Of a stretch of DNA of 64,000 bases, positions 8,585-18,734 are shown piece after piece. This DNA comes from an uncultured Verrucomicrobiae bacterium (lineage in GTDB: Bacteria; Verrucomicrobiota; Verrucomicrobiia; Limisphaerales; Palsa-1400): NCBI GenBank assembly GCA_963707025.1, contig CAVPOM010000018.1, forward strand, positions 128,001-192,000. Direction: 5' to 3'. Position 1 is the stretch's first letter. Each line of letters opens with the position of its first letter. The translations under genes and the position numbers were made by a program. Below the pieces are notes generated by a model. The model saw nothing but the letters and a program-made list of their open reading frames with translations. It was not told the origin of the DNA and searched no databases.

Positions 8585-9690
8585 GGTTCGACATCCCCGC
8601 GAATGAGCGCGCTCACCAGTTCTCCATTTACGGTGATATCACTTAGAGGCCGGACATTGGTGGGCTCAAGGTGGTTCTTCCTGTAGAGAACAAAGGTGTT
8701 TTCCTCAGAAAACCGTCGAATCGCTTCTGGATTATGCGACGTTGTGATGAACTGGCCGCCGGATTGGAAGGCTTTGCGAAGAGCCGTTATAAAGTGCCCG
8801 ACCTCGGACAGACCGAGATGATTGTCTGGCTCATCCCAAAAACACACCAGCGGCACGTAAGCATCATTCGCCGCAAGCACCATCGCGCAAATCATAAAGC
8901 ATTTCTCGCCGTCCGACAGGTCTGCGAAAGAAATGGTCATGTTTCCCAGGTCGTTCGAGAATTGCACCTCAAGGCTTCGAGAATCTTTACCAATCACCGG
9001 ATTCTTTATGTCTTTGATGTCCGGCATGACTTGTTTGAGGTAGGCATCAATCTTTCCGTATGCGGCCGGCGCGTAGGCCAGCAGACCAGAAAACCACGCG
9101 CCGAAATCCGTGACCTGAGTGTTCGGTTGCAAAGTCTCCAACTCGGAGTTCCCTTTAATCAAGCTGGGTATCGGACGAAGAATGAGCGTACGAGCGAGCC
9201 ACTGCTTGAAAATGAACAGAGGATCCTTCGTAGTCCGTTCCTGAACTATCGGCAAGGCAGCCAAATGCCAGTCAATGAGGAATCTCGCTTCTTTTTCCTG
9301 GCTTGTTGTTGCAAGATGCACTTGGGCTAATTCTCGCGTGAAGACCGGTTTGCCGTCTGCCGCAAGACTCTCTTCAAATACCCTCAATTCCTTGAACCCC
9401 GGCGGGAATTCGAAGGCGATAGAGTATTTATAGATCTGACCGCCCAGCTTGACTTCAATCTCGAATCTCATAGGAACGTCAGCACGCCCGCGAGCGAGAT
9501 CCTTCGGTTTCACAACATCATCCACGCGGCTCGCTCCTCGAGCGATCTTCTGAAGGATTTCGAGCGCAAGCCCGACCGTGGTCTTGCCCGCGCCATTCTT
9601 TCCAATCAGCAGCACGGAAGAGCGATCCGCGATCGGCAGTTCGAAATTCTCCAAACACCGGAAGTTATGAACGTAAAATCAACGTATCAC
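8581..9690 (-). pseudogene. AAA_21/ABC-type ATPase with an in-frame TGA at codon 4
   Basis: Walker A GKNGAGKT, signature LSDGE, Walker B FWDEPD, H-loop TTSH. The natural N-terminus from GTG 9690 reads M-I-R-*-F-Y-V-H-N-F-R-C-L-E-N-F (TGA at 9679-9681). Confidence 0.8.
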
Positions 9691-9786
9691 GAAGTGATGA
9701 TACTGCGCGCTCCGGGCTGCGTTCAATCGAAATGTTGTGCTGTGGTTGAAGCCGGCCCATAAATACATGGGAGCAAATTTTGCGGG

Positions 9787-11238
9787 GTGCCGTCTGATGG
9801 ACTGATGACAACTTTATTTTTAAGATTAGACGGGCTGATTTCGCCTTTTGGCCGGGTCGGCGGTTGGATATTTGGTCTGGCGGCTTTGCTGGCGCCGGCG
9901 GCGGCGGGTCATGCGGCCGATGCGCCTAAAACGGCTGATCCCTGGGTGATTCATGAATGGGGCACCTTCACCTCGTTGCAGGATGAGGCGGGCAAGGCGA
10001 TTGGAGGCATCAATACGGACGATGAGCCGACGCCGAAATTTGTGCATCGGCTGGCGGATTATTTGCTGCTGACGCCGGAGCAGCTTTGGCCGGCCGGCAG
10101 CAAGGGCACGCCGCATTGCCATCCGGGGGTGACGATGCGGCTGGAAACGCCGGTGCTTTATTTTCATCCGCCGGCCTCGGAGCCGACGGCGACGGGGATT
10201 GAGGTGAGGGCAAGGTTTCGCGGCGGGTGGTTGTCGGAGTTTTATCCGAACGCGGAGGCGGCCGCGCCGGGCTTCAATACCAACACGATGGGATTTGGGC
10301 CGTTGAACTCCAGCACGGAGGGGACGCTGGCCTGGAAGAATCTGGCGGTGGGCGGCGCTTGGGCCGGGCCGGCCACAGGCGCGCGCGTCTGGACGGCGCC
10401 GCGGGCGGTGCGGGCCGCGCCGGTGCGGACGGCGGAGGGGGAAAGCGAGCGGTTTTTGTTTTATCGAGGGGTGGGGCACCTGGACGCGCCGCTGGCCGTT
10501 TCGCAGGATGCCAGCACGGCGGAATTGGTGCTGCGCAGCCAATGTCCGCCGGAACTGGAGGGCAAGCCGGGGTTGAACGTGCGGTCCGTCTGGCTGGTGG
10601 ATATTCGGGCGGATGGCAAGGCGGCCTTCCGCGCCGGGCCGGCGCTGACGCTGAATGGGAATGGGAAGATCGCGGGGAAAATCTCCAGCCGTTTCGGGCC
10701 GGGGGATTACGCGGCGGGCAATCTGGAGAAATTGAAGACGGGCTTGCAGGCCGCGCTGGTGGAGGAGGGACTTTTTGGGGATGAGGCTCGGGCGCTGCTC
10801 AATACATGGGAGTTGTCGTATTTCAAGACGACCGGGATGCGCGTTTTCTTCATGGTGCCGCGGGTGTGGACGGATTTGTATTTGCCGCTGAGCGTGTCCC
10901 TGCCGGCGCAGATGACGCGGGTGATGGTGGGGAGGATCGAATTGGTCACGCCGGCGCAGCGGGAGATTTTGAACAAACTGCACCGGATTGCGGCGGAGGA
11001 GGTCCAGACGGCGGCTGGGCCGCCACAGACCGGTTGGAACGATCAAAGCAGGGCGGGCGGCGCAGTTGGGCAAAGTTATCAGTTATATCTGGGTCTGGGG
11101 CGATTTCGAAACGCGCTGATTTTGGAGGAAGCGGCCAGGAATCCGGCGGCGGGGCTGGGCCGTTTTATTGCGGCGCACGGATTGGAAGGGTATCAGGCGG
11201 CGGAACAATCAGAGGTGGCCACAGGCGGCGCGCCTTAG
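9787..11238 (+). CDS. Exported hypothetical protein
   Basis: Long ORF with host-like codon use, a signal peptide and conserved-looking blocks (VIHEWGTFTS, RLETPVLYF, FLFYRG). Start uncertain. Confidence 0.75.
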   Translation: MPSDGLMTTLFLRLDGLISPFGRVGGWIFGLAALLAPAAAGHAADAPKTADPWVIHEWGTFTSLQDEAGKAIGGINTDDEPTPKFVHRLADYLLLTPEQLWPAGSKGTPHCHPGVTMRLETPVLYFHPPASEPTATGIEVRARFRGGWLSEFYPNAEAAAPGFNTNTMGFGPLNSSTEGTLAWKNLAVGGAWAGPATGARVWTAPRAVRAAPVRTAEGESERFLFYRGVGHLDAPLAVSQDASTAELVLRSQCPPELEGKPGLNVRSVWLVDIRADGKAAFRAGPALTLNGNGKIAGKISSRFGPGDYAAGNLEKLKTGLQAALVEEGLFGDEARALLNTWELSYFKTTGMRVFFMVPRVWTDLYLPLSVSLPAQMTRVMVGRIELVTPAQREILNKLHRIAAEEVQTAAGPPQTGWNDQSRAGGAVGQSYQLYLGLGRFRNALILEEAARNPAAGLGRFIAAHGLEGYQAAEQSEVATGGAP

Positions 11239-11336
11239 CCCGACTTTCCCAACTGGAGGGGGTCGGAGTTCGTAAGTTGGTGCAAATCAGGGCAGCCTGC
11301 CAAAGGGTCGGCACCAAAATTCCATTCCCAATCATC

Positions 11337-11399
11337 TTTGGAGTGTGCCGACGGGTCGGCGCCGCTTCCCAAAGCGGGAGCAAGCTCCCGCACTCCAAA
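11337..11399. repeat. GGAG-type REP-like composite palindrome
   Basis: Outer arms tttggagtg/cactccaaa enclose hairpins gccgac-ggg-tcggc (imperfect) and gcgggagc-aa-gctcccgc. Confidence 0.7.
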
Positions 11400-11765
11400 A
11401 CCGGCTGTGTTACCAATCATCCTGCCGTCTGCTCCGGTGGCCTGCCTCAAGCCGGTGCTGTGGCACACTCAGGAGCGCTCCGGCGATCCTGTTCCATTCT
11501 GAACGGCGCCGCAAATTGGGGACTAATGATGAGGCGCTTGGTTTTCTTGATGCGCCGTCCAGCTTATGTTTAACATGCGAATTGCCGTTAGTGGAGTGAA
11601 GAGACCGGGCGGCTGCCGATGAAGCGATGGGCCGGCTGGCGGAGACGGTTTGGGGAAAGGATCGGAGCCGGCCGCGGCCAACATTTTTTTGGCGGAATAA
11701 TGAACAATTTATGGAAAGCAGCCGTCTCATTTACGAGCGCGAGAACCTTAAGCTTACAGCGTCGC

Positions 11766-12808
11766 ATGCCGCCGACTAAAGTTCGCCAGCCCCGCCTGAG
11801 TCTCAGGCTTTGCCCCGGCCTGCTGCTGGCGATGCTGCCCGGCTTCCCCGCCTTGGGCGCCACACCGGTGATGGTCACGCTGCCTGCCTATGCCGGCGGC
11901 GCGGAAATCCAGAAGGCGCTGGACAGCCTGCCGCCGGAGGAGAAGTGATTTTAAGCGCCGGCACCTGCGAGATTACCCAGCCGCTGTTGTTGCAGCACGA
12001 CGGCCTGACGTTGCGCGGCGCGGGAGCAACCACCATTTTGCATCTGGCAGACCAGGCGGAATGCCCGGTGGTGATTCTGGGGCCGCCCCTGGCCAGGAGC
12101 AGTCATCCGGCCGCGCATCTTCGCCTGGCGGATCTGGTCATTGACGGCAACCGGAAAAACCAGAGCGCGGAGCGCTGGCGGTCGGCTGGGGACGGCCCGG
12201 CCATCAACAACAACGGGGTGCAGATTTGGAAGGCGACCGATGCGGTGGTCGAGCATGTGGTGTGTTGCCGCTGCCGTTCCGGCGGCCTGGTCACGGTCGA
12301 AGTCCGCCGCCTGCGGGTGAGCGATTACGAGGGTTTTGACAATCAATTCGACGGGCTGGCCTGTTACCAGACGCAGCAAAGCCGCTTCGCCGGCTTGCGG
12401 CTGCATGACAATCTGGCGGCGGGCCTGTCAGTGGACCTTGGGTTCGATCTCAATCTCATCACCAACGCAGTGCTGGCCGGCAACGACCTGGGTGTTTTCA
12501 TGCGGGACTCGCGGGACAATCAGTTTCGAGGGCTGACCATTTCCAAGAGCCGGCACGATGGGATTTTCATGGCCCAAACCGCGTCGCTCACCGCCCAAGG
12601 CTGGCAGTATTCGCCCAACACCGAATGCGTTGGCAACAGATTCGAAAACCTGGTGGTCAACGATTGCGGCGGGAAGGCCTTTCAGGTCAACGACGCCTCC
12701 TGCACGGACAACACGATTGCCGGCGCCTGTTTCCAGCGCAACCTGCTGGGCGGTCTGGCCGAGCCTGCCGTCAACCTGGTCAGCGTGCGGGAACTGGTGG
12801 ATCGGTGA
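11766..12808 (+). pseudogene. Secreted right-handed beta-helix (pectin-lyase-like) protein, split by a 1-bp frameshift near 11933
   Basis: Signal peptide and IQKALDSLP lie in one frame; GGEVILSAG..LTLRGAG..IDGN and the beta-helix repeats lie in the -1 frame. Confidence 0.75.
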
Positions 12809-12953
12809 GGGTGGCCAGGCAGGGTCATCTGTTCCCAACGCCGCCACCCGGAAAACTCCGGCCCTGCGGGCACGGCTGCCTCTGGTTCCGCCCCTTAAGA
12901 CCAAGCGCAACTTTGATTTTTGGATGGTGTTCATCAGGATGAAGTGATATGAT

Positions 12954-13943
12954 ATGAGTGTGATGTCAAACATGAGATGGCCCGGCCTGGTCGGCGGAGC
13001 GATTCTGCTGGGCGGCCAGGGACTGTGGTGCGTTCTTGCGGCCAGCGCGCCTTCCGCCGCGGCGGGAGACGCGGACAACGCCAATCCATACGCGGTCATT
13101 GTTGACCGGAACCCCTTTCGTCTGAACCCGCCGCCGCCGCCCCAGTTGGCTACGCCGCCGCCGGCGCCGGAACTGCCGGAGGTAATCTTCAGCGGCACCA
13201 TGATCAACGCGGGACAAATGAAGGCCATGTTTGCGGTCCGGTCCAAGGCCCCCAAGGACCCCAAGGCGATACAAGCCGGCGGCGCGCAAGACACGACCAG
13301 TTACATCTGCCTCAAAGAAAATGAGACGGAGGGTCCGGTGCAGTTGCTGAAGATTATGAAAGGTGGAGACGAGGTTGAGATCATGAATTCCGGCACGCGC
13401 ATGGTGCTGAACATGAAAGACAACGGTTTTGCAAAGGAACAAGCCTCCCCCGCGCGTGGCACTGGCCCGCCGGGATTGCAGCAGGGTGCGCGGGGCAATC
13501 CCAATCTGAACATGCCGGCTGGCCAGCCGGGACAGCCTGCGGCGCAGAACACAGAATCCAGAGGCATATATGTGGGCGGAGCTGCCGCCGGCATGACAGG
13601 TCGCGGCGGCATCAATGTGGCCGGCCCAAACGTGGGTAATCCAGGCGGAGGGACAGTTATCGGTGGAGCACCCCAGGTGATGAACCAGCCAGGCATCGCC
13701 CAACTAGCGTCCTCTGGAGGGTACAACGGCGGGACCATGGTTGGCGGGGCCACGCGAACCGTCAACCCCGTCACCACGACTGCGCCGACGGCCATGAATG
13801 TCAATCCCTTCAATTCTCCGGGCAATCTGGGCAGCCAGTCGTCCTTGCCGCCGAATTCCACCCCCATTTCCACAGGGCCGCTGCGCAATGTGCAATTTCC
13901 GCCAATGCCGGGCCAGCCGGGCCAGCAGGGCCAAAAGGACTAG
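12954..13943 (+). CDS. Exported hypothetical protein with low-complexity G/P/N tail
   Basis: Signal-like N-terminus, NPYAVIVDRNPFRL block, small beta-rich domain loosely resembling GspC/PilP, then a disordered tail. Confidence 0.7.
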   Translation: MSVMSNMRWPGLVGGAILLGGQGLWCVLAASAPSAAAGDADNANPYAVIVDRNPFRLNPPPPPQLATPPPAPELPEVIFSGTMINAGQMKAMFAVRSKAPKDPKAIQAGGAQDTTSYICLKENETEGPVQLLKIMKGGDEVEIMNSGTRMVLNMKDNGFAKEQASPARGTGPPGLQQGARGNPNLNMPAGQPGQPAAQNTESRGIYVGGAAAGMTGRGGINVAGPNVGNPGGGTVIGGAPQVMNQPGIAQLASSGGYNGGTMVGGATRTVNPVTTTAPTAMNVNPFNSPGNLGSQSSLPPNSTPISTGPLRNVQFPPMPGQPGQQGQKD

Positions 13944-13961
13944 CCAGAGTTGGGGGCTTGC

Positions 13962-15122
13962 TTAACCGCGCAGGAACTCCGCGCCGGCCCAATCGGCGAA
14001 GCGCAGCCCCTGGCGGGTCAACTGAAACCGCTCCCCGTCCAGCCGGCCGTATCCCAGTTGGATCATGCGCTGAATTTCCGGCGCCCATTCGTGTTGCAGG
14101 GCAAAGCCGGTGCGCTGCTGGAATTGGTCCAGCGGCCAGCCCGCCGTCATGCGCAACCCAAAAGCGGCCAGTTCCCCCGCCCGCGCCAGAGGCGGCAACT
14201 GTTCGCTGGAGGCCAGCGCGCGGCGGCCCCGCTCCAACTGCTCGCAATACAAAGTGGTGTTGGCCACGTTGGTGGTCCGGCGGCCGGCGGCATAACCGAC
14301 CGCGCCCGGCCCCAAGCCGTGGAACCAGCCGCCCCGCCAATAGTTGACATTATGCCGGCAGGCGCGTTGCGGCAATTCGTCCCGCCCGGCGCCGCCCCGG
14401 GCAAAGTTGGCCACTTCGTATTGGCGGAAGCCCGCCGCCTCCCCCGCCGCCAGCAGTTCGTCGTACATGGCGCAGGCCAGGTCTTCATCGGGGGAGATTT
14501 TGCCGGACTGCAACTGGGCGAACAAGGCGGTGTCCTCCTCGTAGATGACCTCGTAACAAGCCAGGTGTTCGCTGCCCAGGGCGATGGCTTCGGCCAAAGT
14601 GGCGCGCCACATCTCCATGGTCTGGCCGGGAATGGCGAACATCAAGTCCAGATTCACGTTGTCGAAACCGCCGGCCCGGAGAAGGTCGAACGATTTGAAA
14701 ATCATCTCCCGGCTGTGGACCCGGCCGAGCCGTTGCAGCAAGGCGGGATCAAAGGACTGCACGCCCATGGAAACGCGGTTGACGCCCCAGTCGCGCAGGA
14801 GCCGGGCCTTGTCCGCCGAGACGGTGGCGGGATTGCATTCGACCGTCCATTCCGTCGCGCCGAGCATATTCAGGCGATCCATGGCTTTGAAGATGGCCTG
14901 CCATTGGCGCAAATTCAGGAGCGATGGGGTGCCGCCGCCAAAGAAGACGGTCTGCGGTTGCAAGTCCGCCGCCACCAATTCCATTTCCGTGACCAGCGCC
15001 CGGACATAGCGATTGACCAGCGCCCCGTCGGCGGCTTCCGAGTAAAAGGCGCAATAGGCGCATTTCCTGGCGCAAAAGGGCACATGAACGTAGAGACTGG
15101 TGATGGCCCGGTCGTTGGGCAT
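13962..15122 (-). CDS. hemW: Radical SAM heme chaperone HemW
   Basis: LYVHVPFCARKCAYCAF, FFGGGTPS, QYEVANFA and HNVNYW (HNxxYW). Confidence 0.9.
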   Translation of the reverse strand: MPNDRAITSLYVHVPFCARKCAYCAFYSEAADGALVNRYVRALVTEMELVAADLQPQTVFFGGGTPSLLNLRQWQAIFKAMDRLNMLGATEWTVECNPATVSADKARLLRDWGVNRVSMGVQSFDPALLQRLGRVHSREMIFKSFDLLRAGGFDNVNLDLMFAIPGQTMEMWRATLAEAIALGSEHLACYEVIYEEDTALFAQLQSGKISPDEDLACAMYDELLAAGEAAGFRQYEVANFARGGAGRDELPQRACRHNVNYWRGGWFHGLGPGAVGYAAGRRTTNVANTTLYCEQLERGRRALASSEQLPPLARAGELAAFGLRMTAGWPLDQFQQRTGFALQHEWAPEIQRMIQLGYGRLDGERFQLTRQGLRFADWAGAEFLRG

Positions 15123-15212
15123 CGTTGAGGCGAGCTTACACCGGACGGGCGGGAAAGGCGAGGCTGGAGGAAGGAAAATGGCGAAGCCGCGTCAAAAACC
15201 TTGAAAAAAACG

Positions 15213-15240
15213 GTCACTTTTTCAAAGCGGTGTCCGTGTA
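15213..15240 (+). promoter_or_regulatory. Putative ECF-type promoter, possibly autoregulatory
   Basis: GTCAC-17 nt-CGTGTA just upstream of the ECF gene. Confidence 0.4.
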
Positions 15241-15249
15241 TATAGTGAG

Positions 15250-16440
15250 ATGATGAATGATGACATGGCCTTGGTGAGGGAATATGCCGGGAGCAATTCC
15301 GAGGAGGCGTTCGCCGCCCTGGTCACGCGCCACCTCAACCTGGTGTATTCGGTGGCCTTGCGCCGGGTTGGCGATGCGCATCTGGCCGAGGAAATCACCC
15401 AGGTCGTCTTCATCATTTTGGCGCGCAAGGCAGGCTCGCTTGGCCCCAAGACCGTCCTGTCCGGCTGGCTGTGCCGGACGGCGCGCTACGCTTGCGCGGA
15501 CGCGTGGAAAAGCGAGCAGCGCCGCCAGCGCCGCGAACAACAGGCCCAAACCCAATTTATGTCAAACCCATCCGAACCCGAAGCGTGGACGCACATCGCT
15601 CCGTTACTGGACGAGGCGCTGGCGGAGTTGGGCGCCAAAGATCACGACGCCATCGTGCTCCGTTTTTTTGAAGGCAAGTCTATGCAGGACGTGGGCGCGG
15701 GCCTGGGCATGAACGAGGTTTCTGCCCGGAAACGCGTCAGCCGCGCCGTGGAGAAGCTGCGGGCTTTCTTTGTGCGCCGCGGCATTGCGCTGTCGGCGTC
15801 CGTGATCGCCGGAGCGGTGACCGCCCACTGGGTGCAAGCCGCGCCCGGCGGGCTGGCGGCCTCGGTTGCCGCGACCGCCATTAAAGCAACCTCCGTCAGC
15901 ACCTCAACCTTAACCCTACTGAAAGGAACACTAAAACTTATGGCATGGACAAAGCTCAAAACTGCCGCCGTGGCCGGGTTGGCCGCCCTCCTGGTCACCA
16001 GCACCGCCACCGTCCTTATTGTCAAATCCATCAAGCCAACGCCGCCAACGTCTTTGGCCTCCGTGCCTTTTCCGGGATATGACACGCCCGAGGCCGCGCT
16101 CCAGTCGTTTCTTTGGGCGGCAAGCCAGGGGGATTTTGAAAAGCTCCTGGCCTGCCTTTCGCCGGAGGAAAAGGAACAAACCGTGGCGGGAGCCAGAGAT
16201 GACGCCCGGCGGACCGGCAAATCCGAAGAGGAGGCCCGGCGCGCGTATATGGCTGCCCGACAAGTTCTGGACCTGCAAATCACTCAAAAAGAGATCGTGT
16301 CCGATGATGAGGTCCGCCTCCATGTCCATTCACCGTCGCGCCCGGACAAACTGCCGGACACTATTCTCGTGCTGAAGAAGATTGGAGACGAGTGGAAAGG
16401 GGCCGGACAAATTGGAAAGAACGGCCAGGTTCAACTTTAA
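15250..16440 (+). CDS. ECF sigma factor with C-terminal TM segment and extracytoplasmic extension
   Basis: Sigma regions 2 and 4 ([29 protein letters not shown]), then an Ala-rich linker, a TM helix and an NTF2-like domain (TPEAALQSF...LKKIGDEWK). Confidence 0.88.
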   Translation: MMNDDMALVREYAGSNSEEAFAALVTRHLNLVYSVALRRVGDAHLAEEITQVVFIILARKAGSLGPKTVLSGWLCRTARYACADAWKSEQRRQRREQQAQTQFMSNPSEPEAWTHIAPLLDEALAELGAKDHDAIVLRFFEGKSMQDVGAGLGMNEVSARKRVSRAVEKLRAFFVRRGIALSASVIAGAVTAHWVQAAPGGLAASVAATAIKATSVSTSTLTLLKGTLKLMAWTKLKTAAVAGLAALLVTSTATVLIVKSIKPTPPTSLASVPFPGYDTPEAALQSFLWAASQGDFEKLLACLSPEEKEQTVAGARDDARRTGKSEEEARRAYMAARQVLDLQITQKEIVSDDEVRLHVHSPSRPDKLPDTILVLKKIGDEWKGAGQIGKNGQVQL

Positions 16441-16522
16441 AATCCCGCGGCAGTTTTGCGATTGCCGACACAGTTTTGCGATTGCGATTGCCCCGTTCCG
16501 CGCCGCCCGCTACGCTTTTGCT

Positions 16523-17269
16523 ATGACTGCTGATGCCACGGGCGCGGCTGTCCGCACCGACGGACGCCGCCCCGATCAACTCCGCCCGGTGCGTTTTCAA
16601 AATGGCATCGCTCCGTACGCGACCGGTTCGACGCTGGTGGAATGGGGGAACACGCGGGTGATCTGCGGCGTGACGGTGGAGGAAGCGGTGCCGCGCTGGA
16701 TGAAGGAAAAGGGCGCGACGGGGGGCTGGATCACCGCCGAGTATTCCATGCTCCCTTACTCGACGCTGACGCGCAAGCCGCGGGACATTGCCAAAGGCAA
16801 AATTGACGGGCGCTCGCAGGAAATCCAGCGACTCATCGGACGGGCCATGCGCGCGGCGATTGATCTGGAACGCATCGGCCCGCGCACGGTCTGGCTGGAT
16901 TGCGATGTGTTGCAAGCCGATGGCGGCACGCGCACCGCTGCGATCACCGGGAGTTACGTCGCCTTGTCGCTGGCCATGCGCAAACTGGCCGCCGCGGGGA
17001 AGCTGGCGGAGGGTGCGGTTGTCAAACCGATAGCGGCGGTGAGTGTTGGGATCGTCGGCGCACAACCATTGCTGGACCTGGCCTACGATGAAGACGCGGC
17101 GGCGACGGTGGACATGAATCTGGTGATGAACGGGGCCGGGGAATTCATCGAGCTGCAAGGGACGGGTGAGGAATCCACTTACACTGAGGAACAACTGGGG
17201 GCCATGCTGGCCCTGGGAAAAAGCGGGATCAAACAATTGCTGGCGTTGCAACAAGCGGCGTTGGGGTGA
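16523..17269 (+). CDS. rph: Ribonuclease PH
   Basis: RTDGRRPDQLRP, GWITAEYSMLP, RSQEIQRLIGR, DVLQADGGTRTA and IELQGTGE motifs. Confidence 0.96.
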   Translation: MTADATGAAVRTDGRRPDQLRPVRFQNGIAPYATGSTLVEWGNTRVICGVTVEEAVPRWMKEKGATGGWITAEYSMLPYSTLTRKPRDIAKGKIDGRSQEIQRLIGRAMRAAIDLERIGPRTVWLDCDVLQADGGTRTAAITGSYVALSLAMRKLAAAGKLAEGAVVKPIAAVSVGIVGAQPLLDLAYDEDAAATVDMNLVMNGAGEFIELQGTGEESTYTEEQLGAMLALGKSGIKQLLALQQAALG

Positions 17270-17349
17270 GGGGGAGGCGCCTGTCGCCCTTTCCTCCAAT
17301 GCCGAAACCTGCTTGTCTTTCCGGCCCTGGGGGCTACATTAAAGGCGCC

Positions 17350-17601
17350 ATGAGCCTGGTAGAAATTGAAGCTGAGTTGGAGCAATTGGGACCGGATGAA
17401 CTCCGCCACCTCGCCTTAAAATCGTGGAGGACATTTGTGGAGAAGGAACAGCGCCAGCACGGGGTCAACGAGTGCGACGAGGGTGACCCGCGCCTGTTGG
17501 CCGCCTTGGACGAAGCGATTGCCAAAGCCGACGCGACCCCCGGCCAGGGACATTCGGGGAGCGAGGTTCGCGCCCGGCTGAACGAATGGACTACCGGGTA
17601 A
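17350..17601 (+). CDS. Putative antitoxin of a RelE/ParE pair
   Basis: Small acidic protein overlapping the toxin gene, with a C-terminal EVRARLNEW motif. Confidence 0.7.
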   Translation: MSLVEIEAELEQLGPDELRHLALKSWRTFVEKEQRQHGVNECDEGDPRLLAALDEAIAKADATPGQGHSGSEVRARLNEWTTG

Positions 17602-17882
17602 TTTTCAAAGGCGCCTTTCTGGCCGACCTCGAACGAATTGTGAGGTCTGTTGCCGTTCATAATCCGTCCGCCGCGCGCAAGTTGGGTGACATGATTATTC
17701 AAAGCAGTGAAAGCCTCTGTTTCTTTCCAGAGCGTCACCCCAAAGTTCGTCAACGTCCGGGAATCAGGCGATTTATCATAAAGAAATACTTCAAGGTGTT
17801 TTACCGGGTGCAACCTGAGTCACGAACCGTGGAAGTGCTCCGTTGTTGGGATGGCCGGCGGGCATCCGATCCTGTCTTGTAG
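17586..17882 (+). CDS. RelE/ParE-family toxin
   Basis: 98 aa, basic; YRVIF..AFLADLERI, L..FPER, YFKVFYRV..RTVEVLR.W motifs. Confidence 0.85.
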   Translation: MDYRVIFKGAFLADLERIVRSVAVHNPSAARKLGDMIIQSSESLCFFPERHPKVRQRPGIRRFIIKKYFKVFYRVQPESRTVEVLRCWDGRRASDPVL

Positions 17883-17935
17883 TCGCCGGGCAAACCTGGA
17901 GCGTTTTCAAGAAAACTGTAGCCGCAGCACGACGC

Positions 17936-17998
17936 GGCAGGGTCCCGGTCCCGAACTATCGGGACCCGCCGCGGCGCGCACGGAGTGCGCGCCCTACC
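17936..17998. repeat. REP-like composite with a tcccga-N-tcggga core
   Basis: Hairpins ggtcccga/tcgggacc and ggcgcgcac/gtgcgcgcc ending in ctacc; related copies at 47744, 53024 and 60033. Confidence 0.7.
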
Positions 17999-18168
17999 TC
18001 CCTCGTGTCGGCTGCATCGTTTCCTAAACCGCTCCAACATGGCGAAAAAAAGGGGCCGCGATTGGGGTCTCCTTGGCCGGAAACACCTGTCGCCTGGGAA
18101 ACGGGAAGCTCGGATGTTGAGCGCAAGCCAGGCCGTGAAGCTGCGGCGGGTGATGCGGCGCCACGGCC

Positions 18169-18729
18169 TCAGTTCCAGGAGAGGTTGTCGGGGGAATCGG
18201 CCAGCCAGCGCAGGGTGTGGTCTTTCTGGCGTAGGATTTCCTTCCAGAGCAGTTCCGGCTCGGACTGGAAGATCAAATCCACGCTGGCGGGATGGGTCAG
18301 CCAGTCGTGCCGGGCCATTTCCTGATCCAACTGGCCGGCGGACCAGCCGGCGTAGCCGGCAAAGAGGCGGAGCTTTTGGGTGGTGGAATAGGATTCGGCC
18401 AAATCCATCAGCGTCTCAATGGAGTGGCCGAGATTCAAATTGGGCAGGACATTGGCGTGCGGCACGAAAATGTCCGAATGGAGAAAGCTCAGGACGCCGG
18501 GCTGGACCGGGCCGCCCAGGAAAAGGGGCTGCTGCTTGAGGGCTTGGGGCAAGTTGGCCACCACCGCGTCGCCCACCTTGCTGCCGGCCGGACGGTTGAG
18601 AATCAGGCCGAAAGCGCCTTCGGCATCGTGCTGGCAAACCAGGACGACGGCGCGATGGAAAAAGGAGCCGTGCAGTTTCCCGCCGTCCAGGAGCAGTTGC
18701 CCCTGCCAGGAGTTGGAGGTGCCAGGCAT
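18169..18729 (-). CDS. YqgE/AlgH (UPF0301) family protein
   Basis: GQLL, F.RAVVLVCQH...GAFGLILNRP, GGPV and GYAGWSAGQL motifs. Confidence 0.93.
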   Translation of the reverse strand: MPGTSNSWQGQLLLDGGKLHGSFFHRAVVLVCQHDAEGAFGLILNRPAGSKVGDAVVANLPQALKQQPLFLGGPVQPGVLSFLHSDIFVPHANVLPNLNLGHSIETLMDLAESYSTTQKLRLFAGYAGWSAGQLDQEMARHDWLTHPASVDLIFQSEPELLWKEILRQKDHTLRWLADSPDNLSWN

Positions 18730-18734
18730 ATCGT

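Noticed and set aside
9679..9681. TGA as selenocysteine or a reassigned codon
   Set aside because: Many genes here end in TGA, the position is not Cys-like, and no SECIS-like hairpin is evident.
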